The notes beneath the pieces are model-generated. The model saw nothing but the letters and a program-made list of their open reading frames with translations. It did no database searches and was not told the origin of the DNA. Of a stretch of 64,000 nucleotides of DNA, positions 10,426-20,648 are shown piece by piece. Every line of letters starts with the position of its first letter. The first letter of the stretch is position 1. This stretch comes from Truepera sp. (GTDB lineage: Bacteria; Deinococcota; Deinococci; Deinococcales; Trueperaceae). The DNA lies in assembly GCA_032027045.1 (NCBI GenBank), contig JAVSMU010000001.1, positions 2,309,112 through 2,373,111 on the forward strand, written 5' to 3'. The translations under genes were made by a program, and so were the position numbers.

Positions 10426-11399
10426 TGGCGGCCGTTGCCGCCCCTGCCGACCAGGCCACCCCCCGCCCCAAGCACCTTCTCGACTTCGCCGACTGGTCGG
10501 CGCTTCACATCATGGGCCTGTTGAACACGGCGGACGTCATGGCGCAGGTCCTCACCCGCACCATCAAGAAGGTCCCGGCGCTGCAGGGCTTCACGGTCGC
10601 CACGCTCTTCTTCGAGGACAGCACCCGCACGCGCCTCAGCTTCGAGCGCGCCGCGCGGGCCCAGAGCGCCGACCTGATCGGGTTCGCGGCGGGGGGCTCG
10701 TCGCTGAAGAAGGGCGAGAGCCTGCACGACACGCTGCGCACCGTCGACCGCCTGCTCGTCGACCTCTACGTCGTCAGGCACCCGGTCAGCGGCGTGCCTT
10801 ACCAACTGGCGCGCTGGACGGACGCCGCCATCGTCAACGCCGGCGACGGTCGGCGCGCCCACCCCACGCAGGCGCTGCTCGACGCGTACACGTTTCGGGC
10901 ACACTTCGGTGTTGCCGAGGGCGGTCTTCCCTTCGCCGGCAAGCGCCTCACCATCGTCGGCGACATCGATCACTCGCGCGTGGCGCGCTCCAACATCGAG
11001 CTCTTCACCAAGCTCGGGGGCGAGGTCACCCTGTGCGGACCCTCCACCCTGGTCCCGAACGAGTTCGCCGACCTTCCGGGCGTTCGCCTCGCCTCGCGGC
11101 TCGAGGAGGCGGTCGAGGAGGCCCACGCCGTCATGGCGCTGCGGCTCCAGCAGGAGCGCATGACCGCTGGCCTGCTCCCGTCGCGCAGCGAGTACGTCGC
11201 CCGCTACCAGATCACGGAGAAGACGATGCAACACGCCCACCCCGACGCCATCCTCATGCACCCGGGCCCCATCGTCCGCGACCTAGAGGTCGCCAGCGAC
11301 CTGGCTGACGGCCCCCGCAGCGTCATCGAGGAGCAGGTCGCCAACGGCGTGCCGGTGCGCATGGCGGTCCTCTACTCGCTGCTGGTGGGCCGCCAGTGA
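10425..11399 (+). CDS. pyrB: aspartate carbamoyltransferase catalytic subunit
   Basis: FFEDSTRTRLSFE, HPTQALLD and HPGP motifs. The ATG overlaps the pyrR stop (TGATG). Confidence 0.9.
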
Positions 11400-12685
11400 G
11401 CGCCGGCAACGGCCCGCGCACGGCGATCCGCAGCGCCCGGCTGGCTGAAAAAGGCGGGCTCTCCGCGGCCGTCGACATCTACGTGCGCGGCGAGAGGGTC
11501 GAGGGCTTCGACCTTGGCGGGCCCGTGGATCACGAGTTCGATGCCGCGGGCCAGCTCGTCACCCCGGCGTTCGTCGACCTGCACGCCCACCTGCGCGACC
11601 CGGGCCAGGAAGTCAAGGAGGACCTCACGACCGGCCTGGCGGCGGCAGCGGCAGGCGGCTTCGGCACGGTCGTCAGCATGGCCAACACGACCCCCGTGGT
11701 GGACGATCCGGGGCTCGTGGCCGACCTCGTGCGCCGCTCGGAACAAGTCGGCCAGGCGCGGCTTCGCCCGGCCGCCACCATCAGCGTGGGCCTGCGCGGC
11801 GAGCAGCTCACGGACTTCGCAGCGCTGCAGGCGGCCGGCGCCGTCATGCTCACCGACGACGGCGTCCCGCTCGCCGACGGCCACCTCATGCGCCGCGCCT
11901 GCGAGTACGCCGCCGAGCTGGGCCTCGTCATCCAGACCCACTCGGAGGAGCCAGGCCTGCGCAACGACGGCGTCATGAACGAGGGCCACGTGAGCCGCGC
12001 CCTGGGCCTGCCCGGCAACCCCACCTCGGCGGAGGCCATCATGGTCTTCCGTGACGGCGAGATAGCCCGCATGACGGGGGCTCGCGTGCACATAGCCCAC
12101 GTCAGCAGCGAGCGCGCGCTGCGGGTCGCCGAGTGGCTCAAGGGCAGCGGGGCGCCCATCACGGTGGAGGTCACGCCCCAGCACCTGACCCTGACGGACG
12201 AGGCGCTGCGCGGCTTCGACCCGCTGTTCAAGGTGGCCCCACCGCTGCGCACGGCCGCCGACGTGGCCTACCTCAGAGACGCGCTGAGGCGCGGCGCCAT
12301 TGACAGCATCGGCACCGATCACGCCCCGCATACCAGGGCCGAGAAGGAGCGCGACCTGCTCGAGGCGCCCTTCGGGATAGCCAACCTGGAGGTCGCCTTC
12401 GCGCTGCTCTACACGGAGCTGGTCGCCACGGGCGAACTCCCCCTCTCGCAACTGCTGCACCTACTGCAGGCCGGACCGGCCGCGGTGATGGGCTGGTCCG
12501 CACCAAGCCTGGCGCCCGGCGCAGCCGCCGACCTGACCGTGCTGGACCTGGAGAGCGAACGCGCGGTGCGCGGCGACACCTTCAGGAGCAAGGCCAAGCA
12601 CGGACCGTGGGAGGGCCGCGTTCTCAAGGGGTGGCCCCGCATGACGATGGTGAGGGGCCGCGTCTGCTTCGAGCGGGAGCCGTAA
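11396..12685 (+). CDS. pyrC: dihydroorotase
   Basis: FVDLHAHLRDPG metal-binding motif and GTDHAPH. The GTG overlaps the pyrB stop (GTGA). Confidence 0.9.
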   Translation: MSAGNGPRTAIRSARLAEKGGLSAAVDIYVRGERVEGFDLGGPVDHEFDAAGQLVTPAFVDLHAHLRDPGQEVKEDLTTGLAAAAAGGFGTVVSMANTTPVVDDPGLVADLVRRSEQVGQARLRPAATISVGLRGEQLTDFAALQAAGAVMLTDDGVPLADGHLMRRACEYAAELGLVIQTHSEEPGLRNDGVMNEGHVSRALGLPGNPTSAEAIMVFRDGEIARMTGARVHIAHVSSERALRVAEWLKGSGAPITVEVTPQHLTLTDEALRGFDPLFKVAPPLRTAADVAYLRDALRRGAIDSIGTDHAPHTRAEKERDLLEAPFGIANLEVAFALLYTELVATGELPLSQLLHLLQAGPAAVMGWSAPSLAPGAAADLTVLDLESERAVRGDTFRSKAKHGPWEGRVLKGWPRMTMVRGRVCFEREP

Positions 12686-12810
12686 CCCAGAGCCTGGGTC
12701 AACGCTGGAGCCCTGGGAAAGAGCCTGGTTTTCGAGCCGGCGCCATAGGCCCAAACCCAGTCGGGCTGGGCAAGTGATGGGGATTTCTCCCCCCTACTGT
12801 CGGTAATGCC

Positions 12811-12816
12811 TACAAT
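12811..12816 (+). promoter_or_regulatory. -10 box (TACAAT) positioned for a leaderless transcript
   Basis: TACAAT ends 7 nt before ATG 12823. No Shine-Dalgarno lies between them. Confidence 0.5.
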
Positions 12817-12822
12817 GTGACC

Positions 12823-13647
12823 ATGACGGCAGCCGCGGACGCCCACCACCGCGCCCCAAACCACCCCCTGGGGCCCGGCGGCATTGCAGACTCGCGTACC
12901 GCGCTGCATGACGGCGCCCTTCCCCCCACCCCACCGGAGGCGCCCACCGGTCTTACCGCGGCTCCCGTCATTCTCGATTTCGTTACGCCGCCGGAGGAAC
13001 ACCGGCAGGGAGAAGGGTCGTTCGCGGGTGTCTGGCGGCTTCCGGTAAGGGCCTACTCGCGCGGCGACAGGCTGTACGAAGCCGAGGCCACGGCGGAGGC
13101 CACCTACATCGTCGAGGCCGGGCTCGTCGCGCTGGAACTGAACGCACCCAGGCCCCGCATCGTCGCGCTGGCCGGCCCCGGAGACGTGGTCGGGGCCCTC
13201 GCGCCGGGCCATGGCGTCTACCTCGACAACGCCACGGCGCTCAGCGGCGAGGTTGCCGTCCGAGTGCTGGACGAGCGGGCTCAGGCTGAACTCTCGGCGT
13301 CCGAACTCTCCGCCCTGCTGCTGGGTGCCGCCGCCGCGAGGGTGGCCACGCTCACGCACGCGCTGGAGGACGGCGAGGAGCCGGTGCCGGCGCGCGTCGC
13401 CCGTGCGCTGCTCCGGCTCGGAACGCGCTTCGGTCAGACCATGGCAGACGGCACCGTGCGCCTCACGCTCCCCCTCACGCACGACACCCTGGCCGCCATG
13501 GTCGGCGCCGCGCGCGAGACCACCACCGCAGTCGTCTCGCAGCTACGCGAAGCGCACCTGGTAGACGGCACCCGCGGCAGCTACCGTATAAGGCCCGCCC
13601 AGCTGGCCGAGTTCGCTTTGGAAGCCGCGTTGGCGGCGGGGCGCTGA
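12823..13647 (+). CDS. Crp/Fnr family transcriptional regulator
   Basis: C-terminal HTH LPLTHDTLAAMVGAARETTTAVVSQLREAHLV and an upstream cNMP-binding-like beta region. It has an N-terminal Pro/Ala-rich extension. GTG 12817 is an alternative start. Confidence 0.75.
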   Translation: MTAAADAHHRAPNHPLGPGGIADSRTALHDGALPPTPPEAPTGLTAAPVILDFVTPPEEHRQGEGSFAGVWRLPVRAYSRGDRLYEAEATAEATYIVEAGLVALELNAPRPRIVALAGPGDVVGALAPGHGVYLDNATALSGEVAVRVLDERAQAELSASELSALLLGAAAARVATLTHALEDGEEPVPARVARALLRLGTRFGQTMADGTVRLTLPLTHDTLAAMVGAARETTTAVVSQLREAHLVDGTRGSYRIRPAQLAEFALEAALAAGR

Positions 13648-13669
13648 CCGGGCTTAACGGCCTTCAAGC

Positions 13670-14260
13670 TCACAAGGTGCGCAACAGGGCCGGCAGGTCC
13701 TCACCCAGTTGCACCACCGCATCCTGACCGTAGATGTAGCGCAAGAAGCCCTGGCGGTCCACCACCGCCACCACGTCCGTGTGCGCCACGCTCGAACCGG
13801 CACCCGAGTAGCCCACGAAGAAAGCGCGCGCGGCCGCGGCCACCTGCGAGTTCGAGCCGCTGAGACCGACGAAGGCGGGGTTGTAACGCCCGAGGTACTC
13901 GGCCAACACCGCAGGCGTGTCGAAACCGGGGTCGACCGTCACCATCACGACGTCGAGGTCAGGCGGTGCGCCGGCCAGCTCGTACGCCCGTGCCAGGCGG
14001 GCCATCGTCAACGGGCACACGTCGGGGCAGCGCGTATAACCGAAGAAGACCAGCGTCACGGAGCCGCGGAAGTCCGCTGCCAGATCCACGGGCCTACCCG
14101 CAGTGTCCACCAGGTCGTAGCCCGAGACCTTCACCGGGTTCTTCAGTTCCGTGCCCGCCACCGCCGTCCGCGAGCTCAGGCGTGCTCCGAGCCAGAAAGC
14201 GGCGGAGCCCAACACTACCAGGGCCGCCAAACCCCAAACGAACTTCACGGCACCCTTCAT
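13670..14260 (-). CDS. SCO1/SenC family copper chaperone (thioredoxin fold)
   Basis: Begins MKGAVKFVWGLAALVVLGSAAF (signal/anchor) and carries a CPDVCP motif. Start trimmed to ATG 14260, which lies 8 nt after a TATAGT box. Confidence 0.85.
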   Translation of the reverse strand: MKGAVKFVWGLAALVVLGSAAFWLGARLSSRTAVAGTELKNPVKVSGYDLVDTAGRPVDLAADFRGSVTLVFFGYTRCPDVCPLTMARLARAYELAGAPPDLDVVMVTVDPGFDTPAVLAEYLGRYNPAFVGLSGSNSQVAAAARAFFVGYSGAGSSVAHTDVVAVVDRQGFLRYIYGQDAVVQLGEDLPALLRTL

Positions 14261-14279
14261 GGGGCCAACTATACGAGGC

Positions 14280-16613
14280 TCAGCGCTTGGATTCGTGCTG
14301 CAGCATCTCGAAGAACGCCTCGACCACTCTCGGGTCGAAGTGCGAGCCGCTGCCCTCGCGGATGTACTGCTCCGCGCGCTCGCTCGGCCAGGCATCGCGG
14401 TACGGCCGGTCCGACATCAGCGCGTCATACACGTCCACGACGGCGAATATCCGCGCCGATAACGGGATCTGCTCGCCGCTGAGTTGACGCGGGTAACCGG
14501 TGCCGTCCCACTTCTCGTGATGGCAGTAGGGGATGTCGAGCGCGGGCCGCAAGAACTCGATGGGCGAGAGCAGCTCGTAGGCGAACACCGGGTGCTTGCG
14601 CATGAACTCGAACTCCTCGGAGGTCAGAGGGCCGCGCTTCAGCAGGATCTGATCCGGTATGCCCATCTTGCCGATGTCGTGGAGCAGCGCGCCGCGCTGG
14701 ACGTGCACCAACTCTTCGGAGCCCACCCCCAACCGGCGTGCCAGCCTCACCGTCATGTCGGTCACGCGCTTGCTGTGGCCCGCCGTCTCCTCGTCCTTGA
14801 GGTCCAGCGCGTTTGCCCAGCCCTCGATGGTGCGGTCATAAGCGCGTTGCAACTCCTGGTTGCTGCGCTCAAGCGAGCGCACGAGTTGCGAGTTCTCCAC
14901 CGCGATGGCGCCCTGGTCGGCGTACGTCTCCAAGAACTCCAGCCACTCCTCCGTCGGGTCCATCGGCCGCCTCGAGTAAAGCTCGATGACGCCCTGGAGC
15001 TGGCCCTTGGCCACCATCGGCACGGCCATGTACGACGCGTACTCCTGCTGCTGCTCGGGCTCGATTGCCGCCCCCCACAGCTCACCGTTGCGCAGTTCCG
15101 GGATGTACAAGGAGCGTTGGTCCTCGGCAGCGCGGCCGGCCGCGCCCTTGCCGAGGTCCACGCGGGCCCTCGCGCGCAGCTCGCTGCTGAAGCCCAGGCC
15201 CATCGCCGGCCGCAGGGCGTGGAGCTGCGGCTCGTACAGGAGGACCGCCACGGCGTCTATGTCCAGATCCTGCATGACCTGACCCATGAAGATGTCGAAG
15301 ATCAACTTCACGTCCACGCTGTTGTTGATGGCCATGTCGATGCGCCTCAGAGACTGTAGGTGCGCCAGGCGCCTTCTCAGTTCCTCGTTCAATGCCCGCG
15401 TCTTCTCGACCACCGGCGCCCGGTCACCAACCAGCCGGTAAGTGAGGACGTACGCCCCCACGTGCGGGTCGTGGAGCAGGTTGGAGACGGAACCCTCGAT
15501 CCAGTGGTATTCACCGGCGGCGTCGCGCACGCGAAGTCGCACCGCTTCGGTGGCCCCGGCGCGAGCCTCCACCATGTCGAAGGCGTCCGAGAGCGCGCCG
15601 GCATCGTCGGGGTGGACGATGTCGAGAAGAGGCGTACCGAGCAGGTCGGCCGCCGCGTAACCCAGGCGGTTCGGTTGGCGGTCCGCCAAACGGACCATGC
15701 GCCGGCGCCGGTTCAGCAACACGAGCCCCTCGTTGCTGCGCTCGAAGATCGCCCGGTAGTAAGCCTCGCTGGCACGAAGCCGACGAGCCTCGCGCAGGCG
15801 TTCAGTGGCGTCCCTGGCCTGCACGAGCAGGCCGCGGACGTCCGGGTCGTCGGACAGGTCTGTGACCGTCAACTCGAACCAGCGCCAACCGCCCGGCATG
15901 CGCACCCGAACGGCCAGGTTCACGTTCCGCAGCGGGCCGCTACCGGCCTGATAGCGGGGCGCGAGTGCAGACTGAGCGGCCGCCCTGTCGCGCGGGTGAA
16001 CGAGCCGCCACAGGTCGAGTTCGCGGTGTTCGCCGGCCACCAAGCCCAACGCGGCCGCCATGGGTGACGCGTAGTCGATACGGCCATGGGAATCGACGAC
16101 GAAGTAGACGTCGGGAGACCTCTCGAGGATCGCCCGGTAGCGCCGCTCCGTGCGGGGCAGGCGGGCCTCGGCCGGCCGTGCGCTGAGGGCGCGGCAAATG
16201 AGAACCGTGCGGCCGTCGTCCACCCTGAACGCGCTGACGGAGGCTGGTACTAGCCCGCCCTGTGGCCTCACGAGCTCGACCTCCAGCTCCAGTGGGCCGA
16301 GCCTGTCGGGCGCCACCACCAGCGCCAGGAGCGGCGCCGACACGGGAAGGAGGTTGACGAGCGGGATCCCGAGCAGCGCGCCGGGCCGCACCTGCATGAG
16401 AACCTCGGCGGCCTCGTTGACGGCCACCACCTGGTCACTGGCGTCGAGGACGATGACGCCGTCCTTCACCCGCTCGAACACCTCGGCCAGAAGCAGCGAA
16501 CCTAGCTCCCTATGCGGCTGGTCATCGTCCCGACCCTCCGCGCCCATGGCGCCTCCCGCGCCACTGAGCTTGGTGGGTTCGTTGAGGATGGGGGAAGAAC
16601 GGTTACGACCCAC
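14280..16613 (-). CDS. PAS/PAS/GAF sensor protein with C-terminal HD-GYP domain (putative c-di-GMP phosphodiesterase)
   Basis: HD-GYP signature: HSKRV..., LLHDIGKMGIPDQILLKRGPLTSEEFEFMRKHP and HHEKWDGTGYPRQL. PAS-like and GAF-like segments lie upstream. Alternative start ATG 16547 follows GGGAGG. Confidence 0.85.
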   Translation of the reverse strand: MGRNRSSPILNEPTKLSGAGGAMGAEGRDDDQPHRELGSLLLAEVFERVKDGVIVLDASDQVVAVNEAAEVLMQVRPGALLGIPLVNLLPVSAPLLALVVAPDRLGPLELEVELVRPQGGLVPASVSAFRVDDGRTVLICRALSARPAEARLPRTERRYRAILERSPDVYFVVDSHGRIDYASPMAAALGLVAGEHRELDLWRLVHPRDRAAAQSALAPRYQAGSGPLRNVNLAVRVRMPGGWRWFELTVTDLSDDPDVRGLLVQARDATERLREARRLRASEAYYRAIFERSNEGLVLLNRRRRMVRLADRQPNRLGYAAADLLGTPLLDIVHPDDAGALSDAFDMVEARAGATEAVRLRVRDAAGEYHWIEGSVSNLLHDPHVGAYVLTYRLVGDRAPVVEKTRALNEELRRRLAHLQSLRRIDMAINNSVDVKLIFDIFMGQVMQDLDIDAVAVLLYEPQLHALRPAMGLGFSSELRARARVDLGKGAAGRAAEDQRSLYIPELRNGELWGAAIEPEQQQEYASYMAVPMVAKGQLQGVIELYSRRPMDPTEEWLEFLETYADQGAIAVENSQLVRSLERSNQELQRAYDRTIEGWANALDLKDEETAGHSKRVTDMTVRLARRLGVGSEELVHVQRGALLHDIGKMGIPDQILLKRGPLTSEEFEFMRKHPVFAYELLSPIEFLRPALDIPYCHHEKWDGTGYPRQLSGEQIPLSARIFAVVDVYDALMSDRPYRDAWPSERAEQYIREGSGSHFDPRVVEAFFEMLQHESKR

Positions 16614-16735
16614 TGCTCGCGTCGCCTCCTGGACGCCGGGGGCACCCTAGTCCACCGGCGCCCGCAACCCCATAAGGATATGGGCTGCGGTCGATCCGCG
16701 GCTGATGAAGATGCCACTCTGCGTGTATATGCGTG

Positions 16736-18880
<2,145 letters not shown>

Positions 18881-19088
18881 TCGGGCGTCCTCCCGCGCCA
18901 GCGGGCGGGGCCGCTCGGCGTCGCAGTCTAGGCTCAGTCTATATGCGGCTGCCAGGGGACGGACCCGGAACGGGGTGGGCGCGTACAAGTCACGTCTGAC
19001 ACGGCTTGGAGCGCACGGTGAAAGAACGGTGTACGCGCTTGCGTAGCGTAGTCGCCACATCCGTCGCCGCTTAGGTCTAACATGGCGC

Positions 19089-19258
19089 TACCACGGAAAG
19101 GAGGTGGTCTTATTCAACGCATAGAAATGACCGGTGGAGGTGCCCGCCTAGGGTAGCCCAGAGCCGCCTCCTGGATGAGTCGGAACGTGAGGTTCCCCGA
19201 ATTCCAGGCTGGCACCGACTCGCCCCCGACCTTCGGGCCGGGGGCGAGTTCTGTTTCG
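19089..19258 (+). ncRNA. candidate structured small RNA of unknown family (5-prime end uncertain)
   Basis: No credible ORF; the third-codon-position G+C (GC3) is low here. Nested helices: GGUGCC 19139-44 / GGCACC 19211-16; CCUGGA 19170-75 / UCCAGG 19203-08; GGAAC 19182-86 / GUUCC 19192-96. It ends in a strong intrinsic terminator. Confidence 0.35.
19218..19257 (+). terminator. rho-independent terminator (plus-strand orientation)
   Basis: 11-bp stem ACUCGCCCCCG/CGGGGGCGAGU extended by CC-UUCG-GG (UUCG tetraloop), followed by UUCUGUUUC. On the minus strand no U-tract follows. Confidence 0.75.
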
Positions 19259-19332
19259 AGCCGGAAGCGGCCGGCGCATCCGGGCAGTGAGCAACCGGCG
19301 GACCCGGGTACGAAGCAGCCGGCGAAGTCCCC

Positions 19333-19926
19333 TCAGCGCCTACCGACGAACCTCCAGGCCGCCGGCAGGAGCGCCGTAGCCAAGCCCAGCTTGACGACGT
19401 CGCCCAGCAGGAACGGCAGGACCCCCACCTGCACCGCGCTCAGCCACGACCCACCGACGGCGGCGTGCAACCACACCAGGCCGAAGGCGTAGATGACGAC
19501 GCTCGCGATGAGCATGCCGGCTGCCGCCCCCAACAGCGAGCGGTCCCAGCCGCGCTCGGCCAGGGCGCCGAGGAGCGCCGCGGCCGCCACGAAGCCGAGC
19601 AGGTAACCGCCGGTCGGCCCCAACACGTAGGCCACGCCCGCATGGCCACCCGTGAAGAGCGGCAACCCGACGGCGCCCAACACCAGGTACGCGCCGGTAG
19701 TCATGGCGCCCAGCCGCGCGCCGTAAGCGGCGCCCAGCAGGAGCACGCCCAGGGTCTGTCCCGTGAAGGGCACCGGGCCGAGCTGCAAGCGCACCTGCGC
19801 CAGCAACGCCAGCAGCGCCACGCCGGTCGCGACGAGGGTCACGGTGCGGAGCCCGCCCCGGGTGTTGGAGGCCGGGGTGGAGAGCAGGGTACTTACTAGC
19901 GTGGAGTGGCGGTTGGAGCTTGTCAT
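19333..19926 (-). CDS. bioY: biotin transporter BioY (ECF S-component)
   Basis: LGPVPFTGQTLGVLLLGAAYGARLG..., GPTGGYLLGF and PFLLGDVVK. Start trimmed to MTSSNRH (ATG 19926) after GAGGAGG. Confidence 0.85.
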   Translation of the reverse strand: MTSSNRHSTLVSTLLSTPASNTRGGLRTVTLVATGVALLALLAQVRLQLGPVPFTGQTLGVLLLGAAYGARLGAMTTGAYLVLGAVGLPLFTGGHAGVAYVLGPTGGYLLGFVAAAALLGALAERGWDRSLLGAAAGMLIASVVIYAFGLVWLHAAVGGSWLSAVQVGVLPFLLGDVVKLGLATALLPAAWRFVGRR

Positions 19927-19979
19927 GTTCTTGGCCTCCTCGGGCGAGACCGCAGGATACCAGCGCATATACTCGCCAG

Positions 19980-20474
19980 GTGCCAAACGATCCCTCCACC
20001 CCGAGGTCGTCCGACTGGGTGATCTCCGTCCACACCGCCTTCCCCAACATGGCCAACCCCCTCGGGACGCTCTTCGGGGGTCACGTCCTCGAGCTGATGG
20101 ACATGGGAGCCGCCGTCGCTTCGCAACGCTTCTGCCGCAACGCCGTGGTGACGGCGTCCACCGAACCGATCGATTTCCGCAACCCCATCCACGTGGGCGA
20201 GATCATCGAGCTGAAGTGCCGCGTGGCCTGGACGGGCCGCACGAGCATGATCGTGCGCTGCGAGGTGCACGGCGAGAACCCCCTCACGGGCGAGCGTCGG
20301 CTCTGCACCATCGGGCACCTGAACTTCGTCGCCATCGGCGACGACGGCAGGCCCACCCCCGTACCGCAGTTGAAGGTGGAGACGGAGATGGAGCACCGGC
20401 ACTGGGAGACGGGCCAGCGCGTGCGAGACGACCTGGAACGCCGCCGCTCGCGCAAGGCCTACGAACCCACCTGA
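19980..20474 (+). CDS. acyl-CoA thioesterase (hotdog fold, YciA-like)
   Basis: VHTAFPNMANPLGTLFGGHVLELMDMGAAVA... GTG 19980 lies exactly 7 nt after a TATACT box. The track start 19920 would overlap the bioY start. Confidence 0.8.
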   Translation: MPNDPSTPRSSDWVISVHTAFPNMANPLGTLFGGHVLELMDMGAAVASQRFCRNAVVTASTEPIDFRNPIHVGEIIELKCRVAWTGRTSMIVRCEVHGENPLTGERRLCTIGHLNFVAIGDDGRPTPVPQLKVETEMEHRHWETGQRVRDDLERRRSRKAYEPT

Positions 20475-20648
20475 GCCAGCCGTACCCGGCCTTCTCGGGG
20501 CGGAACGCACCGAAATGACGTGGGCCGCAACGCACTGATACCGATATGGGGTGCAGCCCACTGACGCCCCTGCGCGCGCGCCCTTAGCATTGGCTCAACA
20601 CACGGGTCGACTATCAGTCCCGAGTTCACAGCAGTTAGAGGAGAACCA

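Noticed and set aside
14261-14279. HD-GYP gene and SCO gene as a single operon (19-nt gap).
   Set aside because: A TATAGT box sits in the gap 8 nt before the SCO ATG, so independent leaderless transcription is at least as likely. Co-transcription was not claimed.
19169-19208. Hammerhead-ribozyme-like string CUGGAUGAGUC-GGAAC-GUGAG-GUUCC-CCGAAU, resembling CUGAUGA-stem II-GAAA.
   Set aside because: The core has an inserted G (CUGGAUGA instead of CUGAUGA), and GAAU replaces the invariant GAAA/A15.1. No three-way junction with a cleavage-site helix could be drawn.
19261-19332. GAAGCAGCC and CCGGAAGCGG strings reminiscent of SRP RNA domain IV.
   Set aside because: The flanking sequence does not form the conserved GGAA-capped helix with symmetric and asymmetric loops, and the segment lies inside or next to the bioY 3-prime end.
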